Shown: positions 1 to 11,936 of the stretch, piece after piece
Layout of the letters: every line of letters begins with the position of its first letter
Numbering within the stretch: position 1 is the stretch's first letter
Assembly (NCBI GenBank): GCA_008632985.1
Contig: QPGO01000085.1
Coordinates: 1 to 64,000 of the forward strand
Origin: Psammoneis japonica
Lineage: Eukaryota
Length of the DNA stretch: 64,000 nt
Direction of reading: 5' to 3'
Notes under the pieces: model-generated
Seen by the model: only the letters and a program-made list of their open reading frames with translations
Told to the model about the DNA's origin: nothing
Databases searched by the model: none
Program-made: the position numbers and the translations under genes

Positions 1-320
1 AGGCCAGTCGCAGGGACTTCACTCTTGCAATGTTGTCCAGTGCAACCGTCGGCACACTGACATCTACACCTGTCACCCCTTGATGCGCAACTCCCTCTGT
101 TCTGGCAAGGGTTGGGATCGCACGGGTTAGTCGCAGGGACTTCACTCTTGCAATGTTGTCCAGTGCAACTGTCGGCACACTGACATCTGTGCCTGTCACC
201 CCTTGACGCGCAACTCCCTCCATTCTGGCAAGGGTTGGGATCGCACGGGTTAGTGCCTTCCATGATGGTGGAAGCACCCGCGACAAAGGCGAGGACATTC
301 AGCAGACAAAGTTTCGTCAT
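1..320 (-). CDS. Secreted EGF-like repeat protein (5' part; runs off the window; carries TpA/CpG-type damage, possibly a pseudogene)
   Basis: My translation from ATG at 320: MTKLCLLNVLAFVAGASTIMEGT (signal-like), then NPCDPNPCQNGGSCASRGDRHRCQCADSCTGQHCKSEVPAT and NPCDPNPCQNRGSCASRGDRCRCQCADGCTGQHCKSEVPAT, matching EGF C-x4-C-x5-C-x8-C-x-C-x8-C spacing. Not listed in the ORF track because it is open to the window edge. Confidence 0.8.
   Translation of the reverse strand, partial: MTKLCLLNVLAFVAGASTIMEGTNPCDPNPCQNGGSCASRGDRHRCQCADSCTGQHCKSEVPATNPCDPNPCQNRGSCASRGDRCRCQCADGCTGQHCKSEVPATG
6..251. repeat. Two tandem 123-bp units (41 codons each) encoding the EGF repeats
   Basis: 6-128 and 129-251 align; the only differences are CG/TG, TACA/TGTG, TG/CG and TG/CA. 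Confidence 0.92.
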
Positions 321-1429
321 TTGGAAAACTGATTGTGTTCTCTTGCGTTCTTTGCTTGCTTCAGTTCAAGTTCTCTGCAATGTCAAAGAAAGGACAGGTG
401 AAGCGGTTGGCAACATGCATTCTTTGAACATGAGTCTAGAGAGGAGTCAATGAGGAAAGGCCCACAAGGAAGTGCCACGGCTCATGATCCACTTGGATGT
501 TCAATTGCATCAAAGGCAAGCATGCGGTCAGCTGTGAGAACTCATGCAATCGTTTTGAACAGCACTTCTAGCAGCAGCAGATCAGTTCACACAACGCCAT
601 GTGTGTTCAAGAACAGAACGGGCAAGTCGCTTCACAAGCACAATGGGACAGACACGCTGTTATCTCGATGACCAAATGACAGTGTTCAATCGCACCGAAC
701 CTGATCAACGACAAGAACTCACACAATGATTTTGTGATTTTGATGTTGCACTCATTGAAAGTGCTTCTTTCAATTTCCGGTTTCTTCCATCCTGTGAGAA
801 AATGGGACAGTGCCTGACACCACCTGTCAATTTCCTGTTTCTTTTTCTTTTTTTTGTGGCACCCTGACACCCAAAGAACACGACCTGTGTCTTGCGAGGC
901 TGCAGCATGTGCCCAATGTACAGCAGGGCAGGTTGTGAGTTGTGAGCTGAACAGCCTGTGATGGTCATGGTGGGCCGTGCAGGTCAGTGAGCTGTCAATG
1001 TCACTGATGACATTGATGCAACATCTCAATCTCCGGGTCACCCTTGAGCAAGCTCCATCTGACCCTGCACTCTCACTGCGAATGAAGCCAAACCAATGAA
1101 GAAACATCTTTGTAAAGCCTCCAGAGCATCCAGGGTGTGACCACAATTTGTGTCAGCCAAAAGAGAAAAAAACACAACGAACGATGCACAACAAACCTTC
1201 AAAAAAAGTGGGCTCTCCCAAGTGGTTTGGTGAGCAGGTCTGTCCAACTGCAGCTGGAGTCAAGTTTTGAAACTCCAGCTCTTGCAGCCAGCACACTTTG
1301 TGTTTTGAGCCATGAAAGTGCACCCACCTGTTTGGCTGGTGCTCATCATGCCCCAGCTCTCTCTTGCTTCTGGCTGGTTTGGTGGTGCTTGTGAGGCGGC
1401 CAGTGCAAAACATCCATCATTGTTGTCTT

Positions 1430-3560
1430 CATGTGCTGCAGACAGCAGAAACTAATTTGGCAATGGACAAGCCTCCAAAAGGAGCCAGACTTGGTGTGCA
1501 CAAATGTCTGCTGGCTTGAGCTGAGTTTTTGCAAGCAGATGTTGAAAGATGAGGTGAGAAGTGTCCGTGCAAGATCAGTGCACTGGACAGGGCCAACCAC
1601 TCAGAATGAGTGGCACGCCATTGTCTCTCATCCCAAAAAAGGATCAAACAATGTGGTTTGTCAACAATTTTCACACAAGCCAAATGAGAAGATGCAAAGT
1701 GGTTGCCTTGCCCCTTGTTCCACCCCGCAGACTCAGGACACATGCTCGTAAAATTTGAGGGTTTTCAGCGGGCAATGTTGCTCAGCCTGAGTGTGAGCTG
1801 CCAGCTGCCACCACCACATGAAGCTTGGTGCTGCATTGCAAAAGCTTTGCACTTTAATTTTGGCAATGTGGACAAATTGTGAGATGCAATGCCTGCCAAC
1901 GGGCTTGCTCAACTCATCACAGAGGACGTTTTTAGGAGAAGATGTCTGGCTCATCTCAGGAGTTGTGTTTTGTGCACATGCACAAAGTCACTTGAGGTGC
2001 ACTGGACAATCATCTTGAGAAGGCAGATGCACCATGCTTGAAAAGCTGGAAGATGCTGAGCTCAAGGTCAGCACCTTAAAGCAGCTGTTCTGCCCAACAC
2101 ACTTGAAGCATGATCTCAGGCATGGGGTCACTCATGACAGCACTCAACACTTGAGGGAAAAGAGTGAGGCCACACAGCACATTGGTGAGCTGCTGCTGAG
2201 ATGTGTGGTTGCACACATGGGGAGACATTTCAGTGCCCCTTGCAAAACTTGCAGATGGGGCCTCCAAGCAGGAGCAGAAGAATTCCATTGAAAGAAAAGC
2301 TCTCCCAACCATCAAGTGAGTGACATCAGAAGATGCACTTCTTGCACATCCAGGTTTTAACAAACCATTTGAAATTTGCACACTGATGCACCTCAATGTC
2401 AACTCAGAGCAGCAGCATTTCAAGACAACAAACCTGTCACATTTTGCAGCAGAAAGCTTGTTGGTGGTGCTCAACTCAAACACACAACAATGCAATGAGA
2501 GCTGCTCACAATTTCTGAGCCTCTAAAAAATTCACATCTGGGCTGTTCTCCTTGGTCATCATGTTGTTGCTCCACACACTGATCACCAAAGCCTTGCGTG
2601 CATCACAAAGCATTCAATGCCAAGCACACCACACACCACTGGCACTTGACATGCAAAAAATGCAGCCCCAAGTTGGTCAGTCATCTCAACTTTGAACCAT
2701 CTTTGGACTTTGGGTGCAGCACAACAACTGCACAAACACTGCCTGAAGTGCATCATCCTCTGCACAAAAGGCCTTCATGAACAAAGTGAAAAAATTGTGA
2801 TGATTCCACCAGTTTGAACAAAAGCAGCAAGAGAATGAGTGCCTGTGTTGCGCACAATTTGAACTTCACACAACTGCTCTGCATGATCACTCCATGTTCT
2901 GTGGGGGAGAGAAATGTCAAACAAACAGAGTTGGCTCATTGTCGGAACAAAATTTGTGCTTCAGAGTCATTGCAGAGGCAATTGACTGAGTCGCACCATG
3001 TGCAATTGTGTTGTGCACAGGAGAGGCATGCACAGAAACTGCCATTGCCCAGCATTTCCACCACTGACACAGCGCAAGAGCTGTGGTGCACTCTGCATGC
3101 TCCAAATGCAACTGATGTCAGAGGACAAAAAGATGCAATGTCACAGATGTGGAAAGCACCCAGAAAAAGTGGCAGAAATTGTCATTTGGGAGACCATTTT
3201 TGCATGGAAATGATTGGAGAAAGTGCACCAGTCAAAAGCACAAAAAGAAGATTTGCACATTTGTGGGCAGCAGCTGTGGTTGATCCAGAGCAACTCTGGA
3301 CAGTTCAAAATCACCCAGCTGGCTGCCAAACATGCTGGCATTGCAGCAAATGTCATCATCAAGCAAACTTGGCCATGCAGATGTCCATGGCAAAGAATGG
3401 TCATCTTCAATCAAGGAACTGAGCACATGCCCCAATTTAGACAAATGGCTTCAGAACACTGTGGCCTCCAAAAGAAATCCACAAGCAAATGCAATCCACA
3501 AAGGTGGGTGCCACAGTGGAACATGCACGTCAGACAATTGGGAGTGTGATGCAGTCGTTC
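1430..3560 (+). mobile_element. Heavily decayed Ty3/gypsy pol remnant (RT-RNaseH-integrase order)
   Basis: Motif fragments across frames: LKDEV..., LIPKKDQTMWFVNNF (IIPKKDxTVRFISDF), CEMQCLPTGL (YEYQRLPMGL), LEDAELKVS (LQDAGLKVN), LLAHPGFNKPFEI (LLAYPDFNKPFEI), CGKHPEKVAEIVIWET, QTWPCRCPW..VIFNQGTE (QTWLxRYPW..IFDRGTE), RNPQANAI. Reference motifs are recalled, not searched. Confidence 0.75.
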
Positions 3561-4240
3561 TCAGCTTGAGACATTCTTGGCTCAAACAAAAACAACATGC
3601 AGAGTGGCACACTCTCCACAGTTCTTGCATTTGCCAAGCAAACTGAGGCTTGCTCATGCCGCCACATGTGCAAGCCCGATGCAAAACTGGTGCACAGCAG
3701 CAGAGATGTGTTGTTGAAAACAACATGCATCCAGCCAAGGCCCAAGTGGAAGCACACACAGGAGGACAGAAAGCTTGAGCTCATCTGTGTAAATGACAAA
3801 CAAAAAAATGACAAGAGATGAGACTGCCAATGTGCCACAGGGCAGTTGGCACTCATCAAACAAGAACAAAAACCTAAATGTGGGACTGGCTGGACAGTGG
3901 CCAGACATTGCATGTGGCCACCCTCTCGTTTTACCCAGAATCATCCTGTCATTTTGAGTGCCAGATGGGTGTCATCACGGTTCTTTGTTCGCCGTGTCGC
4001 GCACATGTGCTCTGCGGCTGTCATTCTAAATTACAGTTCAGGCTTCACACGGTCGCACCGGTTTGGTGGCAGCACCACTGCGCGGACAGAGTGGCCAAAG
4101 TAGATCAATCAACAGGAGAGACGGCATTGGGACGTGTTCTTCGCCTCTCAATGCCGCCCATGGAGCACTGACCCACCATGTAAAATTCTTTCCTCAGGAC
4201 TCTACTAGCTGATGTTCTTATTCTACCTTTAACTAAACTT

Positions 4241-5887
4241 CTAAACAAAATCATAATGCTCTCGAAATCCATCTAAATCACGTGATGCCGCCAAGGGGAT
4301 TAGATCCCACCTCTCACAACACGACAAGGCAATCCGTAGATAACTCCAACAATGCGTTGCCGACGGGTTGAGACTGAGTGTCTGTAAATAGCATCTCGCC
4401 GCATCCTCGTAATTGGACAGATTGGAGTGAGAAATGGCCATGTTAAGCCAGGCACGAGCGTAGCGTGGTTTCAGTTGTAATGCGTCGTGGTATGCATGAA
4501 GCGCATCGTTGGATTGATTACTATTGGCTAATGTTGCTCCAAGCTTGTTGTGTAGCTGATAATTGTCCGGATGCGTCTCGAGAGCCTTGCGAAAGCAATC
4601 AATCGCCTTGTCGTAGTCTCGACTGACATTGTACACGACACCCAAGGCCTCTCGGACATCGGCGGCGGTAGCGTCGTCACCTGTGCAACACGTCAAAGCG
4701 TGCTGCAGCAGGCGTTGGACTTTGTCTTGGGGATTTTCGTTTTCGATGGACGCCAGTTCCATTCCAGCGAATTGAGGATTGTGCGTAATGTACTTTTGCA
4801 AATTATCCAATGCGCGTTCATGGTTCAATTCATTAACATACGAAACGCCCAATGCCAAGAGTGCTTGTGTTGAATATGGATCTCGATCAACAGCGTTTTC
4901 CAGAGCAGCAATCGCCCTGGAATCCTCGTCGTTTTCGGCATGGCACTTTCCTAGCATGAGCCACGCGGTAGCATTGTCCTCGTCAACATGACGGAGTTCG
5001 GTCTCAAAACTAGCAACAGCCTTACGGGTGTATCCCTCTTCAAACTCCTTCATACCGCGAGCCATCCAATCAATCGATTCATCCGAGGGATGCTCTCGTG
5101 ATTCTTCGCTAAATTCATAGGCTTCTCGTTCCTGCTCAAGTACGTCTTGAGCTTGTGGTGACGTCCACAAATTAGCAGCTTCGTGATTCGCATCTGCATA
5201 TTCTTGTTTGTACTCTGCCTCCGCTTCTGCCCATGCCTTGGCCAATTCTTCAATTGTGGCACCCTGTACAATTCCTTCGTGTCCTACCGTGGCGACATCA
5301 TCATCATCCTCCAATATTCCCTCGTGCCAATTATCAATCGTGACGTTTTCTGCGTGTTCCTCGACTTGTTCCTGTACAGCATCCTGTACTGTTTGTTGTT
5401 GTTGTAGCTCTGTTTGTCTAGCTTGCAGTTGTTGCTGATGCTGATGTAAGTGATGCTGTTGTTGAATCATCATTTGCTGCTGAATGTGTTGTTGCATTCG
5501 CATATGTTGATGATGCATTTGCATCTGTTGCTGAGGATGCATGTGCATCTGATGAGCATGATGCTGCATCATCATGGGTCCTGCCGTGTTATGTTGTTGG
5601 TGGTGAATTGCAGGACGACTACTCTCATTCCACGCTCGATTCATCATTGTCGGATTCCTCTGTGTTGTATTAGTAGCAGGTGGCGGTACAGCCATGGTAG
5701 TACTTGGCATGGCCAGAGCCGTCGGTGGTGCATGAGGCATAGCGACCGCGTTGCTCATGCTGGCATGTCCCAAAAAGGAGGCCATGCTTTTCGTGACGGA
5801 ATCATTGTTGTTGCTTCCTACCGTTTGTCCAATGACGGCAGCTGCCGCACGGTCGATGGTGGAGCCGGCAGCTCCACAGTCGGCCAT
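4241..5887 (-). CDS. PEX5: Peroxisomal targeting signal 1 receptor (TPR protein) with Q/H/M-rich N-terminal region
   Basis: ATG at 5887 gives MADCGA (N-terminal Cys typical of PEX5). C-terminal TPRs AWLMLGKCHAENDED, ALGVSYVNE, LHNKLGATLANS, LQLKPRYARAWLNMAISHSNL, WSYLRIAL match PEX5. Confidence 0.9.
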   Translation of the reverse strand: MADCGAAGSTIDRAAAAVIGQTVGSNNNDSVTKSMASFLGHASMSNAVAMPHAPPTALAMPSTTMAVPPPATNTTQRNPTMMNRAWNESSRPAIHHQQHNTAGPMMMQHHAHQMHMHPQQQMQMHHQHMRMQQHIQQQMMIQQQHHLHQHQQQLQARQTELQQQQTVQDAVQEQVEEHAENVTIDNWHEGILEDDDDVATVGHEGIVQGATIEELAKAWAEAEAEYKQEYADANHEAANLWTSPQAQDVLEQEREAYEFSEESREHPSDESIDWMARGMKEFEEGYTRKAVASFETELRHVDEDNATAWLMLGKCHAENDEDSRAIAALENAVDRDPYSTQALLALGVSYVNELNHERALDNLQKYITHNPQFAGMELASIENENPQDKVQRLLQHALTCCTGDDATAADVREALGVVYNVSRDYDKAIDCFRKALETHPDNYQLHNKLGATLANSNQSNDALHAYHDALQLKPRYARAWLNMAISHSNLSNYEDAARCYLQTLSLNPSATHCWSYLRIALSCCERWDLIPLAASRDLDGFREHYDFV

Positions 5888-6383
5888 GGTCTCTGAAAAT
5901 AAAAAAAATTGTGACACATTTTTCGTGACGCGACGAGCGACGAGGGCAGACTCTGAACAAATCGCGCGATGATCACGCGACACGATTACTGTAGTGCAAG
6001 CACAAAGTTCTAAGATTGATCGGCAGCAACAACAAAGCTCACAGCTCGCTCTCGTCGTCTCGTTCTTCAGGAGGCATGCTAGAATGGCTAATTGCAGCCA
6101 ATGTTTTCGTACTTTCACTGAAAGAACCCAAGTGTGGATTATCTTGCTGTTTCATTTAGAATAGTCCAACCTCTAAGCCGACTCTACAGTCTTTCTACTA
6201 CCAGTACAGAGGCCACCACGAAGCTAAAAAAAAATCCCGAAGCATTCGTTCCTTGTCTCATTGTAGTAAAATGAAAAGAGCAACCTCTAAAACATCTGAA
6301 TCGTCATGATGACCTTATTTTGAAGGCAAAACAGTTATACTCTAGAGAATACTCTCAATTTAAACAACGAAATATTCAATTCC

Positions 6384-7042
6384 TTATGATTCAAAAAGCC
6401 CTTCTTCATCAAACTCCCACTCATCGTCGTCATCTACTTTGTCAAAATCAATTCCCTTTACCATTCCTTCCGGTACATCCACACTTTCACGTTTGTATCC
6501 CGACGCCACCTTGTCAATTAAATACATGACATCGACCGCCGCCGACACGTCGGCTTGTGCAAAGGACAAGTTTGGAATCGTCTTCATGTGACTCAACCGT
6601 TGTGCCAAGGTGTGTCGAATCGGTTTGGAGCTTCGAACCAACCACGAGTAGGCTCGGCGCTTGTCCACGGCATCATCTCCCCGAATGGAAACCGTCACTC
6701 GTGCTTGACGGAGATCGGGAGAAACATTGACGTGCACGACACTAATGCATTGTCGTACGTCCGAATCGAGATAATCCACGTCACGGCCTTTAATGTTGCC
6801 ACTGTGAATAATTTGAGATAATTCGGTACCAACGAGTCGACCGACACGTTCTTGACGTTTGGAACGTTCGGCTCCGCTGGATCTGGAAGATGAAGAAGAG
6901 TAATATGACATGCTGAGAGTTGATGTATGTTGTCTTGGTTGTGTTGGAATTGGTGCTTGGAACGAGTGAACCGCAAGGCTATTTATGAAAATCACCGCCA
7001 GAATATGAATCCATAACAAACAGTAGCTTTCAAACTTCTCAT
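6384..7042 (-). CDS. rbfA: Ribosome-binding factor A, probably plastid-targeted
   Basis: RQERVGRLVGTELSQII, VNVSPDLRQARVTVS, IRHTLAQRL..IPNLSF. Hydrophobic leader ending AVHS-F. A start at 7042 needs one frameshift near 7018, so the start is uncertain. Confidence 0.8.
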
Positions 7043-7490
7043 GATACACAAGCTTTCTTTCTACTGACAACGTCTTCACTGATGTGATGGATGATTCGGC
7101 GATTGTCGACGGCTTGCGTTCATGCTGGTTCGTTGAGCTCTGCTTGCGTTCGTTCAGTGGTCGTCGGCGAACCTCGCGCGAAATCGCGCGTTTTCTGAGT
7201 TCGCCATTGAATTGCATCCTTCATCCTTGTAGAATCGTATTTATCGAATTGCGTCACGATTTAGTACGTCAGCCACAATTATGGATCCATCTCTTGCGTG
7301 GTCCTCCGTGTTTTTTGCTCGTGCTTTCGTTCATCGTCACTCATTTTTCTTTTTGTTCTTTCGTCATTCCAATTCATCGCCAATCGCACTATCTTCCTTG
7401 TGAGAAGCGGGTGTGGTACAGCTGCTGGAGTTTTACTTGTGTATGAGAAGAAGTGTCCTTTTCTTTTCTAATCAACTAGTATTCGACAAC

Positions 7491-9534
7491 ATGAGAATTA
7501 GCAAGACCGCAGCAGTGGCTCTCTTGGGCATTTCCACAAGCACAACAACGACCAATCAGCTCCTTTGCAATGGCTTTTCATCGTTATTTACTACAGCCGT
7601 GAAACGTCGTTCGTTCTCCATTGCTTCAACATCATCATCAGTCGTCACGACACAACGTTTTGCTTCAACTCTTTCGGATCAAGCAGTTGAAACAACGAGT
7701 AGTACTACACCGCAATCCTGATCCCAACCGGTAAACCCATTGCAGAAGGAGCCATTGTTTCGTATTTCAAGGGTGGATTGGCTGCCGTTCGAATCCGCGA
7801 TGACATGACAACAACAACAACGACTCCAACAACCAAAACGACATCCTCTTCTTCACTCTTTTCGGGACCACCTGCTCCCATGGAAACCAATAAGCCCGGC
7901 AGCAGTCAGGGAGATGATTTGATGGGAAAACAAGTGGTGTTTCCCAATGGCGCCGTTGGACTCGTGGTGGCTCAACGGTTTCCTCTCGTGTTTGTCTTGA
8001 GTGATGCCGACCACGATTTGCAAGTGGATGGTACAGTGTCGGTTCTTGATAGCATGGCGTGTGTCTCGGTCGGAAAGGGAGTGGTGGATTGTTTTGGCAA
8101 TTCTCTCGTCGAAAATAGCAGCAACACGGAGAATGAATCTTCTTCTTCCAAATCAAGAGCCATTTTCTCTCCCATCCCAAAGTTTCGGATATCGGTCTCA
8201 TCAACTCACCATTACTTACGGGAACAACCATGGTGGATGCCTTGGCACCGTTGGGTAAGGGACAAAACATGCTTGTGGTTGGATCGTGTATGAATGAAAT
8301 GAGAAATTTTGCAAAGACAATGCTCGATACGCAGTTGCGGATTGGAGCGACCAATGAAAAAACGACGCGATTGGTGTATGCCTTGACAGAGCACAATCCC
8401 ATAGTTTTGGAAGAATTAAAGAACATGGGATTGATGGATCATGAGGATGTGACAACTGTGTCTGCTAGAGATTTGCATGCCGATAGTGACGAGGCGGTCC
8501 GAGCAGCCGAGGCTACCGCAGTTGCCGCGACGGCCTGCGCCATTGGCGAAGCCTACGCACTGAGTGGCGAGGGACAGGATGCTCTTGTCATTGTTGATAG
8601 TATTAACCAACACAAGATCTTGTGGGATGCCACCACTCGTGTCATGGTCGACGTGTACGGAGTAGATGCTGTGGTCAAGGCGGATCGAGAAGGTGGGGCG
8701 TCGTCAGAAATGAGAGCTTTTTATTCGAGTCTCATCCAACGCGCTGGTAAATTCAAGCCCTCTCGAGGAGACGGTAGCATGACGCTGGCCATGTTGACCT
8801 CCATTCCAAACGATGACGAGAATTCGTCTGAAGTGTATTCACCAGAAGACTTTGAAGGATGCAGTGACAAAATAAAGGCAAGACTCGATATTTTGGTAAA
8901 CAAGAATATTCCCCTCACGGCAGCCACTTTGAAAAAGATTGAAATCCCCATTCCATCGGCATCTGAAGGAAAGCGTCGACTTGTCCTGCAACATGTAGAA
9001 GATTTGATATCCATGTCGGACGGACAAATATGGTTTGATGAGACACTCAAGAATGAACATCAATTTTCCCCTCCTCTGCATCCACAGCGGAGTATCACTC
9101 GTGTTGGAATCGGCGCTGATACAGAATCTCGTGCCGACGCACCAGCTATGAGACGAGTCGTTGGAGGTCTGCGGCTGGATTTGGCTCAAGCTCTAGCCAT
9201 GGACGGTGCTGAAGCTACGGTAGCTTCGAGTCGACAAGCGCAGAAACGAAATGCTTGGCTCTTGGCAATGCATCAAACTTTGGGAGCGGGTGATGGACGA
9301 CCCTTGTCTGAATCCTGCGTGGCTCTGTTGGCGGCAGCGACTGGAGCATTGGACGAGGCTGTTCAAGAAGGAAAATTGGCTGGCACTCCAGAGGGTCAAG
9401 CTGTCATTTCGAATTTGTTGCAACACATAAAGCTCAATGCTCCAGATGCCATGAAAAAGATTGATGATTCATTAGACATGGATACCAATGTACGACAAGA
9501 GCTAGAGGACGCAATCGATTCCTTTTTTCCATGA
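7491..9534 (+). CDS. Nuclear-encoded F1 ATP synthase alpha-like protein with degenerate P-loop (frameshifts near 7710 and 8185)
   Basis: TGTTMVDALAPLGKGQNMLVVG, LISMSDGQIWF, PQRSITRVG and AMRRVVGGLRLDLAQ resemble F1-alpha motifs. The N-terminus MRISKTAAVALLG.. looks like a targeting peptide. Confidence 0.72.
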
Positions 9535-9839
9535 TACCGGGATATTTAGAAGTCAACGTTACCGTGAGTTATTGATGGCGATAGATGTCGAAGCTAGGAT
9601 TTGCCCCATAGTCCAATGTCTAAATACTCACTACTTCAGTTCATATCACAGCGTCACTAGAGTGTCATTGATCGCCAATTTTGCTTCTTGGGTGGACATT
9701 TTAATGCACTCCATTTTACCACGCATCTCGTAGCATTAGTTCACACCTGTTCCTGGAGCTTATCCCGAGGATAAACCCAGCTTCACATTTCAGTCTCAGC
9801 TTGTCTTGCTCTGCTAGAGTTGGAACAGCTCTCCACAAT

Positions 9840-10805
9840 GGTTGAGTTAATCAGCTTGGAGCTGCCCAAGACAATCCCTGCACCCTCATCTTCACAGACC
9901 AATTTGGGCATGAGCTCCCTGACCACCCTGACACCACTGAAGAAGACGACCATGACTCCCTGCATGATGACCCTGATGATGATGCATCCATGGACACTTC
10001 CTGGCCCAGCTGCACCATCAACAGCAGTGATCCCGATGGCAATGACAAGAAAGATGATGACCCCAGACTGCTGCCTCTCTCCCCCCTTGCCCCCCTGCAG
10101 AGGGGTGGATCTGCTGCCACCAGCAAACCAGCAAGCACAGGAGTGAGAGGCACCAACTGGGGCAGCATGACAAATGTGATGTGCCAGCGCAGGCATCAAG
10201 GAGGACACCAAAACATCTGTGGGCTCCAACTTCTGCATGATGCAGGCATGCAGATGCAAAACAAGACAAGAGACCAGCAGATCCAGTGCCAAGACAGCAG
10301 ACTGGTGCAAACAACAGATTGGTGCTGGACAATGACTCAAACTGTGTGTGTGAATCCCTCGCCCAACCTGAGGTCAAGCATGAGCTGGACTCCAGCAAAT
10401 GAAGATTTGGATGAAGATGAAAAAGATGACAAGGCAAAGGAGCAGATGCAGAGCTTGCCAAGCACATGGGTTGCATCTGCAGAACAAGAGACCACCACCC
10501 ACAAAAACCTTTGAAGTCAGAGAAAGGGGCACTGCAATGATCACACCACAACAAAGAGCTCCTGGGTTGGCAGCTGTGCTTCTCATTCTCAAATGCTTCA
10601 AAAACCTCATGGTGGAAATGCTGCTGCTCCTCACAGCACACATGTTGACAAAGATGAGCAGAGCCAGAAGGCACCCGGCCGGCAGAGCCAAGGCTGATGT
10701 GGTCATGAAGGAAATGATGCAACTGGACCACAGGGAAGTCACTCAACTGGCAGTCACCAATGACATCTCCAGGAAGCAAATGAAAAAAGCCAGATCCAAT
10801 TTTTA
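9840..10805 (+). mobile_element. Decayed Ty1/copia pol remnant (post-integrase linker to RT N-terminus)
   Basis: VNQLGAAQDNPCTLIFTDQFGHELPD, an acidic linker with TGV, and LTKMS...ADVVMKEMMQLDHREV...DISRKQMKKA resemble diatom copia pol as I recall it. It lies in a TpA-depleted domain. Confidence 0.5.
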
Positions 10806-11936
10806 AGTGCCGCTGCTCCTTTGCCAGCCACCAGCTAACTCACACTTCCAGCACACCAAACAAGTGTGGCAGAAAAGGGGGCAAGAACCAGCCGGGATGG
10901 GCGTCACCCAGAGAAGGCAACACTCCACCAAAACAACTGAAAGGAATGACTTGCACAAGGAATTTGTTGCATGCTTGTGGTCAGTGACAGCTGCAGAAGG
11001 CACACCACAACCACAAAGAACAATCGCACTCATCAGACTGGTTCTAAAAAAAGCCACAAAACATCTTGGAATGTGCCCTCGAAACTGGCACAAACTTGGG
11101 TCACAAGGCCACTCATTTGTGCACCAAGGAGAACTGCTGCACCACAACAAGAAGTTCGCCACTCAACACAGTTAGCTGGGACAGCTGACAAGCAAAGGAA
11201 AAATTGAACAGGACTTGTTGGATGTCTTGTGAGCTGGGAGCCTTGAAAGCAAGCAAGACTTCGTCGAAGCAAAAGCCCCACCACCTGCATGCAGAAACAA
11301 CAATGGTGCCAGATGTTGCACAGAAAAACACATTCACACTTGCAAGGGACACAACAGAGGTGGCACTTTCATCCCAAAAAGTGAAAGACTTGGCCAAACA
11401 AAGAGAAAAGATGCACTGTTGAAGACTGGGGCCGGTGGCTGACATGGACAGAAGTGGTCTGGAGATGTGTGACCAGTGGATCATTGGTGGCTGCAAGGAA
11501 ACCCATGCACAAATGAAAGAACACATGTCGTGCTTTGATTCCTGTCCCATTTGCATTCCTGTCATGTCACCAGCACAGTACAACGGTGGATTTTGTCATT
11601 GATGCACCGGGTGCGACACGCAAAACCGATGCCCCGCCCCATAACGCCGACGACCGACGACCCAATCAAATAGCTGCTTTGAAATATATTATGTTTCAAC
11701 ATACACGGTATCATGTAATGTGAATCGATGAAGTCGAGGGCACCGTGTAACCGTCGAGATCATATGATAAATATATAGATTCAATACAATAATTAAAAGT
11801 ATTTTTAAATAAATTCTGGCTAAACCTGTTTTGCATCCGGATAAGATAATACGTCACAAAAAGCTTTTAAAAGCGTGTATACAGTATTAGCAAAACCGTG
11901 GCGAGACGGGGCATCTCATTTTTGGTTTTTTTTGGT

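Noticed and set aside
6..251. CRISPR array (also 50529-50603)
   Set aside because: Only two units, no unique spacer series, no cas genes and a eukaryotic context. The first repeat is coding.
600..1430. Copia RNaseH or Crypton remnant on the minus strand (DLLTKPLG near 1220)
   Set aside because: A single short motif is not enough to call a feature.
5888..6118. N-terminal extension of PEX5 in the 625-aa ORF
   Set aside because: It starts at a non-ATG codon and reads like UTR. MADC at 5887 fits the conserved PEX5 start.
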